In this document: one piece after another, positions 24,150 to 33,902 of the stretch
Layout of the letters: each line of letters opens with the position of its first letter
Position numbering within the stretch: the stretch's first letter is position 1
Source of the DNA: an uncultured delta proteobacterium
GTDB lineage: Bacteria > Desulfobacterota > Binatia > UBA9968
Direction of reading: 5' to 3'
Assembly (NCBI GenBank): GCA_963771465.1
Contig: CAVYTU010000012.1
Span: 206,642-270,641, forward strand
Length of the DNA stretch: 64,000 nt
Notes under the pieces: model-generated
The model's input: the letters and a program-made list of their open reading frames with translations, nothing else
Told to the model about the DNA's origin: nothing
Database searches by the model: none
Made by a program: the position numbers and the translations under genes

Positions 24150-24290
24150 AGGACACCTGGATGTATTGAATAAGGGCGCAAGGCCGTCTTGTCAAGGGCG
24201 AGGCGCCGAGCGCGCCCGGGATACTGCCAGGAATTCGCTTACATTCCAGAAAGTTTGCTGGCGGCGGTGCTCATGCTAAGATCGCTCACG

Positions 24291-25451
24291 ATGGCTGAGG
24301 ATCTTACTCTACGAGTGATTCGTAAGGCGGCGGAGATTTCCCGTGAACGGTGGGATGCTTTGGTCGGCAATGCCACGCCGTTCGTGAAATGGGATTGGCT
24401 CGATAGCTTGGAGCAGTCGGGCTGCGTCAACGAAGCGACCGGCTGGTTGCCGCATCATATCGTGGTCGAAAAAGGCGGCCAATTGGTGGCCGCTTGTCCG
24501 ATGTATTTGAAGCTTCATAGCATGGGCGAATTCGTCTTCGACTACGAATGGGCCGAGGCGGCGCAGCGCACGGGCATCCAATACTATCCCAAAATGTTGG
24601 TCGGCGTGCCGTTCACGCCGGTGACCGGCCATCGGTTTCTCACCGCTGCGGGGGAGGAGCGCACGCCCTTGATTCAGTTCATGGGCCAGGCGCTGGCGAA
24701 AATCGCCGTCGACAATAAAATTTCTTCCGTGCATGTGAACTTCTGTTTGGCTGACGAGCGCGAGGCGTTGGCGGCGGTGGGATTTTTCCCGCGCAACGGT
24801 ATTCAGTACCAATGGCAGAATCGCAGTTTTACTTCCTTCGACGATTATCTGGCCAGCTTTCGCAGCGACCGGCGCAATAAAGTGAAGCGCGAGCGGCGCG
24901 AAATGAGCCTGCGCGGTATCACGATTCGCGCTTATGAAGGCGCCGAGCTAACGCAGAATCATTTGCGCACCATGTTTCGGCTCTACAAAGGCCATGTCGA
25001 CCGGCTGTACTATGGCCGCCAGTATCTCACCCGAGAGTTCTTCGACGATCTGCACAAGCGTTTTGCCGCGCATCTTTGCCTGATGCTCGCCGAGCGCGAC
25101 GGCAAGTTTATCGCCGGCACGTTCAACGTGCGCGACGACACGGCGATGTACGGGCGCTATTGGGGCTGCTTCGAAGAACATCCGTTCCTCCATTTCAACG
25201 TCTGTTATTATTCCGCCATCGAGCATTCAATAAAATTAGGCTTAGACCGCTTCGAAGCCGGCGCCGGCGGCAGTTTTAAACAATTGCGCGGCTTGGATCC
25301 GGAGCATACCACCAGCGTGCACTATATCGTCGACGGAAAATTTCGCCGCGCCGTGGAGCGGTTTCTCGACCAAGAGCGCGAGATGATTCGGCGCAAGCGC
25401 GAGTTACAGCTCGAACATAGCCAGCTCAAACGCGAGCAAGAAGAGCCGTAA
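24291..25451 (+). CDS. GNAT-fold FemAB-like (DUF482) protein
   Basis: HSMGEFVFDYEWA, YYPK...PFTPVTG, YGRYWG, LHFNVCYY, FEAGAGG. Confidence 0.88.
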   Translation: MAEDLTLRVIRKAAEISRERWDALVGNATPFVKWDWLDSLEQSGCVNEATGWLPHHIVVEKGGQLVAACPMYLKLHSMGEFVFDYEWAEAAQRTGIQYYPKMLVGVPFTPVTGHRFLTAAGEERTPLIQFMGQALAKIAVDNKISSVHVNFCLADEREALAAVGFFPRNGIQYQWQNRSFTSFDDYLASFRSDRRNKVKRERREMSLRGITIRAYEGAELTQNHLRTMFRLYKGHVDRLYYGRQYLTREFFDDLHKRFAAHLCLMLAERDGKFIAGTFNVRDDTAMYGRYWGCFEEHPFLHFNVCYYSAIEHSIKLGLDRFEAGAGGSFKQLRGLDPEHTTSVHYIVDGKFRRAVERFLDQEREMIRRKRELQLEHSQLKREQEEP

Positions 25452-25659
25452 TCCCGGATTCCCAGTTAAAATTGAAGCGCCGAGTGAGACGCGATCCTTC
25501 CGTAGTGAAGACAATGGGCCTGTGCCTCTGAGCAGGCAACCGACATATTGCCCGCGAGCAATCCCCAGAGCCTTTGGAACTTCTTGCCAGACTAGGCAAA
25601 TGACTTTGCAACGGCAGCGTTGGGTGTCTTCACTACTCCAGGATCGCCTCTCACTCGGC
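25450..25659. ncRNA. Unknown structured RNA/DNA element, copy 1 (3' of mgtE paralog 1)
   Basis: 35-bp inverted arms at 25479-25513 and 25625-25659; homologous to 33903-34118, including a 32-nt identical run. Confidence 0.65.
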
Positions 25660-25703
25660 CGCGCAATTACTCAAACTGTGAAATCTGGTCTAACCCGCGA
25701 CCA

Positions 25704-27017
25704 TTACAACAACGTGCCGCGCAGAATCACCGCGGCGACGGTGAAATAGATCACCAGTCCGGTGACGTCCACCAGGGTGGCGACAAACGGCGCCGACGCG
25801 CTGGCGGGATCGAAGCCCAAGCAGCGCAGGATGAACGGCAGAACCGAGCCCATCAAACATCCCCATAGAACCACGCCGACCAGACTCAACGCCACGGTCA
25901 GGGCGACTAAAAAATAGTGATCGCCGTAAGAATCGAACAAGAACTGCCAGAGCAGTATACGAACCAGACCGATGGTGGCGAGTATCGCTCCGAGCGCTAG
26001 CCCCGTGGCGAATTCACGGCGCACCACCCGCCACCAGTCGCGAATACGCACCTCGCCCAGCGCCATGGCACGGATTACCAAAGTGGTCGCTTGGGAGCCG
26101 GAATTGCCGCCGCTGCTGATAATCAGCGGCACGAAGAGCGCAAGAATCACCGCGCGGGCGATCTCCGCTTCGAAATATCCCATGGCGGTGGCCGTCAACA
26201 TCTCGCCGAGAAAGAGCGCGGCGAGCCAGCCGGCCCGCTTGCGGATCATGCGCAGGAGAGAAACCTGCAGGTACGGCGCGTCGAGAGACTCGGCGCCGCC
26301 GATCTTGTGAATATCTTCGGTGGCTTCTTCTTGGACGACATCGACGATATCGTCGACGCTGACAATGCCTTTGATGCGCCCCTGTGGATCGACGACGGGA
26401 ATCATCAACAAGTGGTGGCGCATGAACAACTTGCTCAAAGCTTCCTGGTCCATATCTTCGGCCGCCGAAATCACCTCGGTGCGCATGACTTCGCGAATCA
26501 ACTTGTCGGCCGGGGCAATGATCAAATCGCGAAAGGTGATGACGCCGAGCAATCGTTCTTCAGGGTCAACGACGTAGGCATAAAAGGTCGTTCTCTGCCG
26601 CGTTTGAGCGTCCCGGCGTAGATAACTGATCGCCTCGCCAACGGTCATGTCGGGGCGAAGCCGGGAGTAGCGGGTGTTCATCAAGCCGCCGGCGTCGTCT
26701 TCGGCATAATCGAGCAGCCCTTTGACTTCCCTCTGGGTGACTTCGTCCAATAATACTAGTACTTCAGCGCGCGCGTTTGCCGGCGCTTCTTGGATCAGAT
26801 CCGCCGCGTCGTCGGGTGCCAGCAGCCGCATCCACAGTCGCCGCTCACCCGGCGGTAGTTCGAGCACCAGGCCGGCTCGATCATGAACATTCAATTGCAG
26901 AAAAAACGACTCGGCGTCGTTTCGTTGCAGGGACTCGAAGCCCTCGACTCGTTCCGTTTCTGAGAGGACCGGCCAGGCGTCGTATAATTCCGCCGCTGTA
27001 AAATTGTTCTGGGCCAT
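25704..27017 (-). CDS. mgtE: Magnesium transporter MgtE (paralog 1)
   Basis: N-domain, CBS pair (AGGLM), EATED, PLIISSGGNSGSQ, DPASASAPFVATLVDVTG. Confidence 0.95.
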   Translation of the reverse strand: MAQNNFTAAELYDAWPVLSETERVEGFESLQRNDAESFFLQLNVHDRAGLVLELPPGERRLWMRLLAPDDAADLIQEAPANARAEVLVLLDEVTQREVKGLLDYAEDDAGGLMNTRYSRLRPDMTVGEAISYLRRDAQTRQRTTFYAYVVDPEERLLGVITFRDLIIAPADKLIREVMRTEVISAAEDMDQEALSKLFMRHHLLMIPVVDPQGRIKGIVSVDDIVDVVQEEATEDIHKIGGAESLDAPYLQVSLLRMIRKRAGWLAALFLGEMLTATAMGYFEAEIARAVILALFVPLIISSGGNSGSQATTLVIRAMALGEVRIRDWWRVVRREFATGLALGAILATIGLVRILLWQFLFDSYGDHYFLVALTVALSLVGVVLWGCLMGSVLPFILRCLGFDPASASAPFVATLVDVTGLVIYFTVAAVILRGTLL

Positions 27018-27183
27018 GACACTCTGTCCTTTCACGATCGTGGCTTTCATTCCTAACACAACGATGGGCTCGTGCAATTCAGCGCGATTCCCCTGTCCTC
27101 ATCGGCGGTCAATTTGCTCATCGGCGCGAGCAATTTCTTGACTCCACCCAGGCTTTCCATTAACGTCGGCGCGGAGTACAGCC

Positions 27184-27960
27184 GTGAAATCTTCTTGGAA
27201 AAACGCCGCTGAGCCCGTGCTCTTCTTTCTCGCCTTGTTAGTGCTGTGGGAAATTCTCGTTGAAGTGATCAAGGTGCCGGCGTTTATTTTGCCGCCGCCG
27301 CGCGATCTATGGACGGCATTTTTTAAGAAGCTGCCGATCCTCGGCAACCACGCTTTGATCACCTTCATCGAAGCCTTTGGCGGTTTCGTCTTGTCGTTGG
27401 TCTTGGGTGTCGGCTTCGCCATCTCGGTCGTTTATTCGCGCCATCTTCAGAACACCGTCTATCCACTCATCGTAATTCTTTACGCCATGCCGAAAAGCGC
27501 CTTCGCGCCGCTCATGGTGATCTGGGTGGGTTACGGCCTGTTTTCCAAGATTGCCATCGCCTTTCTCGTGGCGTTTTTTCCGATCGTCGTCAACACGGTG
27601 GTTGGACTGAAGGAAGTCGAGCCTGAGCTGTTGGAGTTGGCGCGCATCAACCGCGGTTCGGCGTGGGATGTCTTCAAAAAAATTCGCTTACCCAATTCGC
27701 TGCCTTACATGTTTGCCGGTATCAAAGTGGCGATCGTGTTGTCCGTTACCGGCGCCATCGTCGCCGAGTTCGTCGCGGCCAACGAAGGGCTTGGCTACCT
27801 GGTCTTGCAAGCCAACTACAGTTTGGACACGGCCTTCGCGCTGGTGATCCTGCTGATTCTCGCGGTCTTGTCCTTGGCGCTGTTTTGGCTCGCCGAGATG
27901 TTACAGCGCAAATTGGCGCCGTGGAGCGCAGCGGTACGCGAGGTCGAAGGCTCGTTCTAA
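27184..27960 (+). CDS. ABC transporter permease (NitT/TauT family)
   Basis: FILPPP, PKSAFAPL, LPNSLPYMFAG, AIVAEFV...GLGYL. Confidence 0.92.
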   Translation: MKSSWKNAAEPVLFFLALLVLWEILVEVIKVPAFILPPPRDLWTAFFKKLPILGNHALITFIEAFGGFVLSLVLGVGFAISVVYSRHLQNTVYPLIVILYAMPKSAFAPLMVIWVGYGLFSKIAIAFLVAFFPIVVNTVVGLKEVEPELLELARINRGSAWDVFKKIRLPNSLPYMFAGIKVAIVLSVTGAIVAEFVAANEGLGYLVLQANYSLDTAFALVILLILAVLSLALFWLAEMLQRKLAPWSAAVREVEGSF

Positions 27961-27981
27961 TTTTTTTGCTGGGGAGGTTGC

Positions 27982-28986
27982 ATGATGTTTTCGAAAAGAC
28001 CGATCATTCGAGTAATCGCGCTTGCTTTTGTGGTCGCAATTCTTGGCTCTCAAGCCGAGGCGGCCGAGCTCACGCCGGCGAACGTTCGCTTGGATTTCAT
28101 TATCGGCGGTAAGCACGCCCCTTGGTACGTCGCGTTAGACAAGGGCTTTTACGCCAAGCGTGGCCTGGCCGTGACGATTCAATCGAGCACTGGCTCGGCG
28201 GATACCGTGCGCACGATTGGCTCGGGCGGCGCCGACTTCGGCTTCGCCGATATCGCAACCATGATGGTCGCCAAATCCCGCGGCGCGCCGGTGCAGGCGG
28301 CGGCGCAGTTCGGTTACGTCGGCGCGACGATTATGTGGCGCGATGAGGGGATCATCAAAGGGATCAAAGATCTCGAAGGCAAATCTTTGGCGATCAGTCC
28401 AGGACAGGCGCAATGGTTCTTGATGCCGGCCTACGCTCGGGTCAACAAGATCGACTTCAAAGCGATCAAGATTCAAGAAACCGCGCCGCCGATCCAGCCA
28501 GCTGCGCTGGCGACGAAGAAAGCCGATTTTATCATCATGTTCCGCGCCTCGAACGATGAAGTCGCCGAGATGGCGGCTTCCAAGGTCGGAGTTAAGCTTA
28601 AACGGGTGTTCATGAAGGACACCGGATTGGATATCTACGGTACCAGTCTGATCGTCAAGGATGACGATATCAAGAAACGGCCGGAGTTCGCCCGGGCCTA
28701 CGTCGAGGCGACGTTGGAAGGGTTGCGCTACGCGCGCGACAATCAGGAAGAGGCGCTGAAGATTTTGCTCAAGCATAAACCCGAGCTCGATTCGGTGCTG
28801 ACGACCGTGCAATTAAAAAATGCCCTGACCGAAGTATTCTTGCCGCTGGAATCGGTCAACGTCGGCTTGGGTTTCATGAAGCCGGAGATCATGGAAAAAA
28901 CCGTCAAGGTGGTCAACGAGTACTTCGACGTCGGCCGCAAGGTGACGGCCAAAGAGGTTTATACTAACCAGTTCATCAAGCGCTAA
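27982..28986 (+). CDS. ABC transporter substrate-binding protein (NMT1/THI5 family)
   Basis: Signal peptide; HAPWYVALDKGFY, GSADT...ADFG. Confidence 0.9.
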   Translation: MMFSKRPIIRVIALAFVVAILGSQAEAAELTPANVRLDFIIGGKHAPWYVALDKGFYAKRGLAVTIQSSTGSADTVRTIGSGGADFGFADIATMMVAKSRGAPVQAAAQFGYVGATIMWRDEGIIKGIKDLEGKSLAISPGQAQWFLMPAYARVNKIDFKAIKIQETAPPIQPAALATKKADFIIMFRASNDEVAEMAASKVGVKLKRVFMKDTGLDIYGTSLIVKDDDIKKRPEFARAYVEATLEGLRYARDNQEEALKILLKHKPELDSVLTTVQLKNALTEVFLPLESVNVGLGFMKPEIMEKTVKVVNEYFDVGRKVTAKEVYTNQFIKR

Positions 28987-29006
28987 ATTTTCATAGTCAA
29001 TTTACC

Positions 29007-29798
29007 GTGCCGCCGCTGATCGCCATCGAGGAAGTCTCGCGAGTTTTTACCAGCGGCGCCCGCACTGTCCTCGCGCTGGATAATGTATCGTTCGAGATTC
29101 AGGCCGGCAATTTCGTTTCCATCGTCGGCCCGAGCGGCTGCGGCAAGAGCACTTTGCTCAAGATTATTTCCGGCTTGATGCCCGCCTCCTCCGGTAAGGT
29201 CACGGTTAATAGTCAACTTGTCCATGGTCCACTGGAAAATGTCGGTATGGTCTTCCAGGCGCCGGTGCTGTTGAAGTGGCGCTCGGTGCTGGGCAATATT
29301 CTATTGCCGGTAGAATTCGCCAAACGCGATGTCGCCGATTACACCGCCCCAGCCCGCGCGTTGATAAATCTGGTCGGATTGGATGGCTTCGAAGAAATGT
29401 ATCCGCACGAGCTCTCCGGCGGCATGCAACAACGCGCCTCGCTGTGCCGCGCCCTGGTGACCGATCCGCAACTGTTGCTGATGGACGAGCCGTTCGGCGC
29501 GCTCGACGCCATGACGCGGGACGATCTCGATATCGAGTTATTACGCATCTGGGAAGAGCGCAAGAAAACCGTGTTGTTCGTCACCCATAGTATTCAGGAA
29601 GCGGTGTTTCTCTCCGACTTGGTCTTCGTTATGTCGGCTCGACCGGGAAGACTGATAGAAACGATTGCGGTTGACTTGCCACGGCCGAGAACGATGGAAA
29701 TGATGAGCACGGCGAAATTCGGCGAATACACCCTCAAAATTCGCGCGCTTCTGGCCGCCAGCGGAGCTTTGGGTTCGAAAGCCGGCTCCACCATGTGA
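29007..29798 (+). CDS. ABC transporter ATP-binding protein (NitT/TauT)
   Basis: GPSGCGKST, LSGGMQQR, LLMDEPFGALD. Confidence 0.95.
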   Translation: MPPLIAIEEVSRVFTSGARTVLALDNVSFEIQAGNFVSIVGPSGCGKSTLLKIISGLMPASSGKVTVNSQLVHGPLENVGMVFQAPVLLKWRSVLGNILLPVEFAKRDVADYTAPARALINLVGLDGFEEMYPHELSGGMQQRASLCRALVTDPQLLLMDEPFGALDAMTRDDLDIELLRIWEERKKTVLFVTHSIQEAVFLSDLVFVMSARPGRLIETIAVDLPRPRTMEMMSTAKFGEYTLKIRALLAASGALGSKAGSTM

Positions 29799-29876
29799 AT
29801 TTTTCTCGCCGGTGGGCTATCATAGCAATTAAGTCGGCAGCAGCCCGCCGAAGCCGTTTCCTAGAAAAGATAAATA

Positions 29877-30914
29877 ATGTCTCAAGGACTCACCTATGCC
29901 AAGGCCGGCGTTAGTATCGTAGCAGGCGATGAACTTGTGCGACGCATCGGGCCCATCACCCGACGGACCAAAGTTCCCGGCGTGCTCTCCGGGGTCGGCG
30001 GTTTTAGCGCGCTGTTCGATCTCAAACCGCGCGGCTACCGCCAGCCGATTCTCGTCGCTTCGACGGACGGTGTTGGCACTAAACTGAAGATCGCGTTCAT
30101 GACCGGTGTGCATGACACCATTGGGATCGACTTGGTCGCCATGGGCGTCAACGATATTCTCACCCAAGGAGCGGCGCCGCTGTTTTTCTTGGACTACTTC
30201 GTCTGCGGCAAGCTCGACGTGAAAATTACCACAGCGGTGGTGCGTGGCATCGCTGCCGGCTGTTTACAAGCGGGTTGCGCCTTGATCGGCGGCGAGACCG
30301 CCGAACATCCCGGCGACTTTCCCAAAGGCGAGTACGACCTCGCCGGCTTCGTCGTCGGCGTGTTGGAAAAAAAGCAAATCGTCGATCCAAATTCCATCGT
30401 CCCCGGAGATATCTTGGTCGGCATTCCCTCCAGCGGGCTGCATAGCAACGGCTATTCGCTGGCGCGCAAAGTTTTGCTCGAACGCGGCCGCTTGAAATTA
30501 TCCCGGCGAATTCCTGAGCTGGGCCGAAAGCTTGGCGCGGAGTTGCTCGAACCGACGCGCATCTACGCCACCATCACGCGCCGATTGTTTGCCGACTTCG
30601 ACATCAAAGGCGCGGCGCATATCACCGGCGGAGGCATTACCGGCAATCTGCCGCGCGTTTTGCCGCCGGGACGGCGCGCGGTGATCGAGCGCGGCAGCTG
30701 GCCGGCGCCGCCGGTGTTCGCTCTAATTAAAAAAATTGGTGCGGTCGAGCAGGCCGAGATGGACTCGACGTTCAATAACGGTCTCGGCATGATTCTCGTT
30801 GTCAGCACAAAGCAAGCCGACGGCGTCGTGGGCACGCTTAAATCGATGGGCGAGCAAGCTTTCATTATCGGCGAGATCCGCAAAGGAGCGCGCGGCGCCA
30901 CGCTGCGCGGATAG
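29877..30914 (+). CDS. purM: Phosphoribosylformylglycinamidine cyclo-ligase
   Basis: TDGVGTK, GGETAE, SSGLHSNGYSL, HITGGG. Confidence 0.97.
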   Translation: MSQGLTYAKAGVSIVAGDELVRRIGPITRRTKVPGVLSGVGGFSALFDLKPRGYRQPILVASTDGVGTKLKIAFMTGVHDTIGIDLVAMGVNDILTQGAAPLFFLDYFVCGKLDVKITTAVVRGIAAGCLQAGCALIGGETAEHPGDFPKGEYDLAGFVVGVLEKKQIVDPNSIVPGDILVGIPSSGLHSNGYSLARKVLLERGRLKLSRRIPELGRKLGAELLEPTRIYATITRRLFADFDIKGAAHITGGGITGNLPRVLPPGRRAVIERGSWPAPPVFALIKKIGAVEQAEMDSTFNNGLGMILVVSTKQADGVVGTLKSMGEQAFIIGEIRKGARGATLRG

Positions 30915-30919
30915 GAAAT

Positions 30920-31579
30920 ATGGCGCGGCAGGTTTCGATCGGGGTACTGATTTCCGGCGGCGGAACTAATTTGCAATCGATCATCGACGCCATCGAGGCG
31001 AAACAGCTCGACGCCAAAATACAATTTGTCCTGAGCAACAAAGCGGACGCTTACGGCCTGGTGCGCGCCAAGAACCACGGGATTCCGACCGAAGTGCTCG
31101 ATCACAGATCGTTCCCGAGCCGCGAAGCCTACGACCAAGCCGTCGTCGATTTGCTGCATGGGCGCGGCGTTGAACTGGTCGTGCTCGCCGGTTTCATGCG
31201 ACTGCTCTCGCCGGTGTTTATCAAAGCTTATTCCAATCGGATCATGAACATTCATCCGGCCTTGCTGCCGGCGTTTGCCGGTTTACAGGTGCAGAAGAAA
31301 GCGCTCGAGCACGGCGTGCGCTTCGCCGGCTGCACGGTGCATTTCGTCAATGAAGAGTGCGACGAGGGGCCGATCATCATTCAAGCCGTAGTGCCGGTTT
31401 TTACCGACGATACCGAGGCAGCGCTGATGGCGCGCATTCTCAAACAAGAGCACAAAATTTATCCCCGGGCAATTCAGCTCTACGCCGAAGGCCGTTTGCG
31501 CGTCGTCGGACGGCGCGTTTTTGTCGATGGTGCTGGCAAAGATGAAGCTCAGGTTCTCATCGAACCGCCGTTGGCTTGA
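30920..31579 (+). CDS. purN: Phosphoribosylglycinamide formyltransferase
   Basis: SGGGTNLQ, LAGFMR, NIHPALLP, GCTVHFV...DEGPII. Confidence 0.97.
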   Translation: MARQVSIGVLISGGGTNLQSIIDAIEAKQLDAKIQFVLSNKADAYGLVRAKNHGIPTEVLDHRSFPSREAYDQAVVDLLHGRGVELVVLAGFMRLLSPVFIKAYSNRIMNIHPALLPAFAGLQVQKKALEHGVRFAGCTVHFVNEECDEGPIIIQAVVPVFTDDTEAALMARILKQEHKIYPRAIQLYAEGRLRVVGRRVFVDGAGKDEAQVLIEPPLA

Positions 31580-32559
31580 TGAAGATCTCCAAAGCGACCT
31601 TGATATTTTTCGCTAAGATCCTAGTTAGCGCCGGGTTGTTGGCGTTTTTTCTTTCGCGCATCGACGTGAGCCAGTTTTGGGGCACACTGCTCGCCGCCGA
31701 TGTCCGCTACGTCGGCGTCGCGCTGGCCGCCTATCTCGTTTGTCAATTTATCGGTGCGCTGCGCTGGACCGTGTTGTCGCGGCCGTTGGGTTTTACCATG
31801 GGACTCAGCGGCATGACCGCCTATTACTTTATCGGTATGTTTTTTAATTTGTTCGCGCCAGGAACGGTCGGCGGCGACCTCAGCAAGATTTATTATCTCA
31901 CTCTCGACGGTCAAAAAGCAGGGGAAAGGAGCTGGTCGGCGGCGACCTTGCGCGCGACGGTTTCGGTGGTGGCTGACCGCGCGGTCGGCATGTTCGTGTT
32001 GGTTTGGTTGGGTGCGATCGGGTTGTTCTGGTTTTCCCAGTATGCGGTTCCCGCTCCTGTTCGCTCTGTGACTTTCGCTCTAGCAGCGGCTTTGTTAGTT
32101 GGCGGCATCTGCTTGCCCTTGGCAACCCGGTTTCTGCCCCATGACAGCCATCCGCTGATCGCCAAATTGCGCGTGGCACTGCAGAGCTACGGATCAGGAT
32201 TCGGCGCGATTCCGGTGGCGCTGCTGTTGTCTGTCGTCGTCCACCTCATTCAAGCCTGGATGCATGTCGTGATGGGCAAGGCGCTCAATCTTGAAATCCC
32301 GTTTACCTTCTGCCTGATTCTCTACCCGTTGGTTGGAACGTTTGCGGCGATTCCAATCAGTTTCAACGGCATCGGTTTGCGCGAATCGGGTTATCTTTTT
32401 TTGCTCAGCGCGATCGGTGTCAGTTCAGAAAAGGCGGTCGCCTTCGGTTTACTGCTGTTTATGATCGTGGCACTTGATAGTTTGTTGGGCGGCCTACTTT
32501 TCTTGTTGAAGCGCAAAGAGAGTGCGGCGATTGTTAACGCCGGCGCTCAATTCAAATAG
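31576..32559 (+). CDS. Lysylphosphatidylglycerol-synthase TM domain (UPF0104 flippase-like) protein
   Basis: ALRW, FFNLFAPGTVGGD, DR, IPISFNGIGLRE. Confidence 0.88.
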   Translation: MMKISKATLIFFAKILVSAGLLAFFLSRIDVSQFWGTLLAADVRYVGVALAAYLVCQFIGALRWTVLSRPLGFTMGLSGMTAYYFIGMFFNLFAPGTVGGDLSKIYYLTLDGQKAGERSWSAATLRATVSVVADRAVGMFVLVWLGAIGLFWFSQYAVPAPVRSVTFALAAALLVGGICLPLATRFLPHDSHPLIAKLRVALQSYGSGFGAIPVALLLSVVVHLIQAWMHVVMGKALNLEIPFTFCLILYPLVGTFAAIPISFNGIGLRESGYLFLLSAIGVSSEKAVAFGLLLFMIVALDSLLGGLLFLLKRKESAAIVNAGAQFK

Positions 32560-33899
32560 TGACGAAAGATCGTTGCCAGCCCAAGAAATGAGAGAAAGCC
32601 AAAGGCATCGGTCAGCCCGGTGACGATGATGCCGGACCCTAACGCGGGGTCGAGCTTCAAGGATTTTAACAGCAACGGAATCACCGCGCCGGCGACTCCC
32701 GCCATTAGTCCAAGATTGAGAATCATCGCGCCCGCGAGCACCAGTCCGAAATAAGGATTGCCCTTCCAGATGAACGCGGCCACGGCGATTACCGCCCCGG
32801 CGGCGAGGGCGATGCAAATACTGACCGACACTTGTTTGACCACCGCTTTCCATGCCGAGGAGAATTCCAACTCGCCCAACGCGATTGCGCGTATCATGAC
32901 CGTCGCCGTCTGCGTCGCGCCATTACCGCCGACGCCGGCAACCACGGGCATGAAGGTGACCAAGGCGATGATGTCGTGCAAGGTGTTTTCGAAGATACCG
33001 ACAACGGAGGCGGCCAAGGTCGCGGTCAGGAGATTCAACATCGTCCAGGGAAGCCGCATTCTGACCGAGCGCGAAACCGGTGTGAACACGCGGTCTTCCT
33101 CGGTCAAGCCGACCATCTTATACATGTCCTCGGTGCTTTCCTGGTTGATGATATCGATCACATCGTCGACCGTGATGATCCCTTCCAAGCGGCCGCCTTC
33201 GTCGACGATCGGCAGAGCGAGCAGCTCGTACTTGCTGACCAAACGCGCCGCTTCTTCTTGATCCATGAAGACGTTGGCTTTGACCGGGTCGGCGATCATC
33301 ATTTCACTCAGCGTGCGCGCGGGCGGCGCGATGACGAGATTGCGAATCGGCACGACGCCGACCAATTTACCCGCGTCGTCGACGACGTAGAGATAGAAGA
33401 AGGCCTCTAACTCGCCGCGCTCGCGAATCTTGTCGATGGCGCCTTGGGCGGTGGTGTCGGGCGGCAGCGCCATGAACTCCGTCGTCATCAAGCGGCCGAC
33501 GGTGCCTTCGGGATAGTTGATAATTTCCCGCACTGCGGCGCGCCGCTCGGGATCTAGCAAGCCCATGACGTGCTCGCGCCGCTCATCCGGCAGGCTATCG
33601 ATAAAAGTCACGGCATCGTCGGGATCGGCGCGGACGATCAAGCGGCCGACTTTTTCGTCGTCGATCAAGGCGAGAATATCGGGCAACAACTCAGGCGGCA
33701 GCTCTTTGAGCGTCTTGGCGGCGCGCCGCGACGAGAAGAGAATGTCGAAGAGCTGGCGAATTTCCGCTGCTTCCAGCCCTTTGAACAGCAAGGCGATATC
33801 GGCGGGATGGCTCTTGCCGATGAACCGCAGCACACGATCCGGCGTTGCCGTGCGCAACATCTCGCGCACTGTATCGTAGTCGATGGGAGCCGGTTTCAT
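32547..33899 (-). CDS. mgtE: Magnesium transporter MgtE (paralog 2)
   Basis: HPADIA, VGRLMT CBS pair, ESTED, GVGGNGATQ, DPALGS...LTDAFG. Confidence 0.95.
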   Translation of the reverse strand: MKPAPIDYDTVREMLRTATPDRVLRFIGKSHPADIALLFKGLEAAEIRQLFDILFSSRRAAKTLKELPPELLPDILALIDDEKVGRLIVRADPDDAVTFIDSLPDERREHVMGLLDPERRAAVREIINYPEGTVGRLMTTEFMALPPDTTAQGAIDKIRERGELEAFFYLYVVDDAGKLVGVVPIRNLVIAPPARTLSEMMIADPVKANVFMDQEEAARLVSKYELLALPIVDEGGRLEGIITVDDVIDIINQESTEDMYKMVGLTEEDRVFTPVSRSVRMRLPWTMLNLLTATLAASVVGIFENTLHDIIALVTFMPVVAGVGGNGATQTATVMIRAIALGELEFSSAWKAVVKQVSVSICIALAAGAVIAVAAFIWKGNPYFGLVLAGAMILNLGLMAGVAGAVIPLLLKSLKLDPALGSGIIVTGLTDAFGFLSFLGLATIFRHYLN

Positions 33900-33902
33900 G
33901 TC

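Noticed and set aside
25479-25659. 6S RNA, retron ncRNA or MITE
   Set aside because: The length and a CCCTGAG-like word recall 6S, but the interior is branched and the usual zapA/ygfA context is absent. There is no reverse transcriptase in the window. Homology extends beyond the inverted arms with no target-site duplication.
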